DNA from: Dreissena polymorpha
Lineage: Eukaryota
Length of the DNA stretch: 64,000 bases
Assembly (NCBI RefSeq): GCF_020536995.1
Contig: NC_068355.1
Span: 63,280,738 to 63,344,737 of the forward strand
Direction: 5' to 3'
Shown: positions 61,161-64,000 of the stretch, in pieces
How the letters are laid out: each line of letters opens with the position of its first letter
How positions within the stretch are numbered: the first letter of the stretch is position 1
Notes under the pieces: model-generated
Databases searched by the model: none
Told to the model about the DNA's origin: nothing
Seen by the model: the letters and a program-made list of their open reading frames with translations, nothing else
Translations under genes and position numbers: made by a program

Positions 61161-63395
61161 ACACAAAACGAAGGACCACAAGTCCATAACTTGTTACTAA
61201 AACGTTATGGTTGATATGTAAAATGCCAAAGTTGAGGAGACAAGAAACACTTTAATCGAACTGAGGTCATCACTAAGGAGTTGAATACTCATAAAATCCA
61301 ATATACGACATTTGGAAGAGAGAATGAACCAGCACATGACTTCATGTTTTACCTACTTCTGTAGACTTGATTTTTTACCGTTGCTGAAAATCATTGAAGA
61401 TTAATAACAGCCTGAATAAGCACGAGTTCTTTCAAAAGGTTAATATTATACGCCTTGCGCTCCTTTGACTATTTATTTACATAAAAGCGTAAGTAGATGG
61501 TCTAATTGTCCCTTTCGAAGTTATGCAGGATCAAGATGAGCACATATGCATCCTCGCCCACCAACGTTGTGGTGCTACGACGGGATCGTTATATTGTATT
61601 TAACAATTTGAACGTCTGCATCCCCTGAAGACAGAACAACATAGCATCACATTTTAGTCAGAGGTGTGCTGATCAGAGCAATCATGCCGGCCTTGTTTCT
61701 GTCACGAGACAAAAAGTCTTCCTTTTTTACATGAGCATTCTGTTTCTTTGCTGAAACTCACAATATGATTTACGTTTTCGGTGCGTTTTGTCTTTGTTAT
61801 AATCACCGTCTTCGTAGCCATCGAACCCCATTGTCGCTTGTCCGTAATGCCTTTTACTGAATCTACATAAGAATCCGGCAATTGCGTTATATAAGTCGCC
61901 CTTCTCCATGGTTAACGATGCAGCAAAGTGTCACTATCATGCATCTGTTTCATGAATACAGTTCATCACATCCTCACATGATGTGTCTACAGCATACTCT
62001 CAAATTGCCTGAGCGATCTGAGGCTTATCTGCTGTACAAAGTATGTTCTTGGCTTCAAAGAAGGCAGCAGGATGGGAGCTCAGTTCATAAGACAATACGA
62101 CTGCAAGGGAAGGATCTCCATATTTTGACACCACCAGAAAACGCTGGAACAAAAGAGCAGGATCAAAAGCACTGTCAGAAGCGATATTAACAGCCAAGCT
62201 ATTCCAAAGAGATTTGGCTCTGTATTTTCTCGTGAATTTATAAGCTAAGACCGACTTTCCTATGATATCTCTTATGATCGTTTTTCCAAGCGCCTAAATT
62301 GCATGAACATCCACATGTGACCCAGCCACTATCCCATTGACCATGTTTCTGAGAGTAGGATCAGCTGTATATGTTGATCAGGTTGTAATCTGTGTCTGCA
62401 TTTTCTCTAGATCAGAAGGATGCACGCTTCAGTTGAGTCTTTGTGTTGTGGACTTGAAGTATAGATCAGGTCTGTGAAATCCTGCATCGGATGTTGCAGA
62501 TAGGGTCCAAGGGGTTTGCATTTCCTCAGTCATTCCACTGCCGCGAGTTAGACCACATGTGCTCTATAAAAACATCATCAATGTTTTCTCAATAACAAGA
62601 TCAATTCCTAGCCCAGCCCAGCACTGATGGCTCCTACAAACAACGTGAACACCAATACCGAACTTTCGATAAACGTCCGGATGCGTTTCCTCTATGTTGC
62701 TTATTTGCTGCAGATATATGTAGTAATACGCAGATTGCAGGTAATGTATACAGCAGCAGCAAAGATGGATAGCAAATTGGGCACTTCCTAATGCATCAAC
62801 CAACACCCAGTACGTACGATATGCTTTAATCAACACCATTGAATTGTTAATCATAAGCTAATAATTCAGCCATACTATGCTTGTCTTTGAGGTTTGGGCA
62901 ATTTCATGTTTCTACTTTTGTGTAGCCCTCTCGAGTTTGATCAAAATCGCATAACATATCATCTGCTAGCGTCGTTTTGCCCCAGAAAAGGGAAGAGTAC
63001 AAATCCTTGGCATGATCCAGCAGCATCTGAATGTCTGGATCTTCTTTGGTCATTTCGGCTGAAAACTGGCTGTGTATGCACTTTTCAACAAGAAGATGGT
63101 CCCGTGAAGCCCTCTGGACAGCTTTTCGTTTCACAATGTGCACATTTGCATTGCTCAATAGACAGCCTCAAGTATGTCTTGAGAGCGGTTTCTTCCATGA
63201 TGGATTCTTTGCCCCAACCCCGCAACTTCATACGTTTATGAAACATCCCTTTGTGGCGCATCAATGATGATTTCGGCAGCTTTCCAATGCTAGGGTTGGT
63301 CAAACGTTACAATGGTGTGAAGGTTGTGGCAAGGTCGCAAACTTAGACTTATGTTGACCGAATGCACACTTTGTCCCCATTGTACATATTAATCA
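61160..63395 (-). pseudogene. Internal region between the long inverted arms, holding fragmented minus-strand ORFs. This is a candidate decayed transposase of unknown superfamily.
   Basis: Collinear minus ORFs in shifting frames: 63303-63085 (..CKCAHCETKSCPEGF..), 63158-62904, 62854-62564, 62197-62000 (..LSYELSSHPAAFFEAKNILCTADKP..), 61909-61727. No motif I can assign confidently. Confidence 0.3.
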
Positions 63396-64000
63396 TAGGC
63401 AAAAATCTAACGCAACAAAACTATCTAATCTGAGTGGATAGTTACACAGTTATGATCATTAATAGGTTTTGGTGGATATCTTGGCGGACATTTTGGACGC
63501 CATTTTGGATTTGGGTGTACTATAATAAACTTATACAATGTATGATGATCTTAATGTGTTCTTTGCCCCTTGAAACCCATATATAGCCATCAAAATAATC
63601 AAATTTGAGTGGATATTTACATAGTTATGATCATTTATAGATTTTGGCGGCCAACATGGCGGCCATTTTCGACGCCATGTTGGATTTGTGAGTACTATTG
63701 TACACTTAAACAATGTCTGTTGAAACTAAGGAATAGACACCAAATTCATCAAATTTGATTGTATAGTTACATAGTTGTGATCATAAATAAGTATTGGCGG
63801 CCATCTTGGCGGCCATCTTGAAAAAAAACTTTCCGGAGGTCCGATTGTAGTAAACTTTTGATATGTTTTAAAGAAGCTTCTACCCTACCAGGTTCAGTTA
63901 AAATACCTTTTGTAGCAAAGTTTTTGGTGGTTGAAGTTTTTTCCCATATATTGACCCAACTATTTTGGAGGCTCGCTAGTTTTTAGGAACTTTTCTTGCA
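63395..64000 (-). repeat. Right long inverted arm. It runs to the window edge and may continue beyond it.
   Basis: Reverse complement of 60290-61160, with the motifs ttggcggccatcttggcggccat and ggtcc..cggaggtccgat. Confidence 0.75.

Overview
This window is eukaryotic, repeat-rich nuclear DNA with no prokaryotic operon structure. Introns have GT-AG boundaries, LINE and DNA-transposon debris is abundant, and many elements combine a hairpin, a microsatellite and a satellite-like tandem array; that repeat style is typical of bivalve molluscs, though species cannot be proven from sequence alone. The one clearly intact host gene is a 12-exon major vault protein gene (MVP) on the + strand, from 30844 to 48790, predicted at 863 aa, with repeat-laden introns. 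Upstream of it lies a 33-bp satellite megaarray at 18135-29335, about 300 units. The array is split by a roughly 1.2-kb non-autonomous hAT-like insertion that keeps a hAT C-terminal dimerisation ORF. The very long ORFs on both strands across the array are stop-free repeat artefacts, not genes. Other content is: three or more 5'-degraded LINE copies (EN/RT remnants at 1-1450 and 6000-9200 on the minus strand, an RT fragment at 38969-39560 inside MVP intron 4, RT scraps at 53050-54450, and a LINE ORF1 at 59000-60085); a Mutator-like (MULE) transposase pseudogene fragment at about 11117-11700; a roughly 2.1-kb long-arm inverted repeat at 1684-3775 carrying tRNA-like segments; a MITE family with TIR CCAGGTTTTC and internal 165-bp tandem repeats, two copies; many copies of a SINE/MITE/Helentron-like family with a TTTATGCCCCC...GGGGGTATAT hairpin head, a (GTCT/GTCC)n microsatellite, 150-178-bp satellite-like repeats, and a GGGGGCATTGTGTTTC...CTCTTGTT tail; and, at the right edge, a candidate large DNA transposon with long terminal inverted arms of at least 0.6-0.9 kb built from 170-bp subrepeats. 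The most unusual observation is an intronic 59-bp minisatellite of about 26 copies in MVP intron 6, seeded from the exon 6/intron 6 junction itself, so the intron holds dozens of copies of the authentic splice-donor motif.
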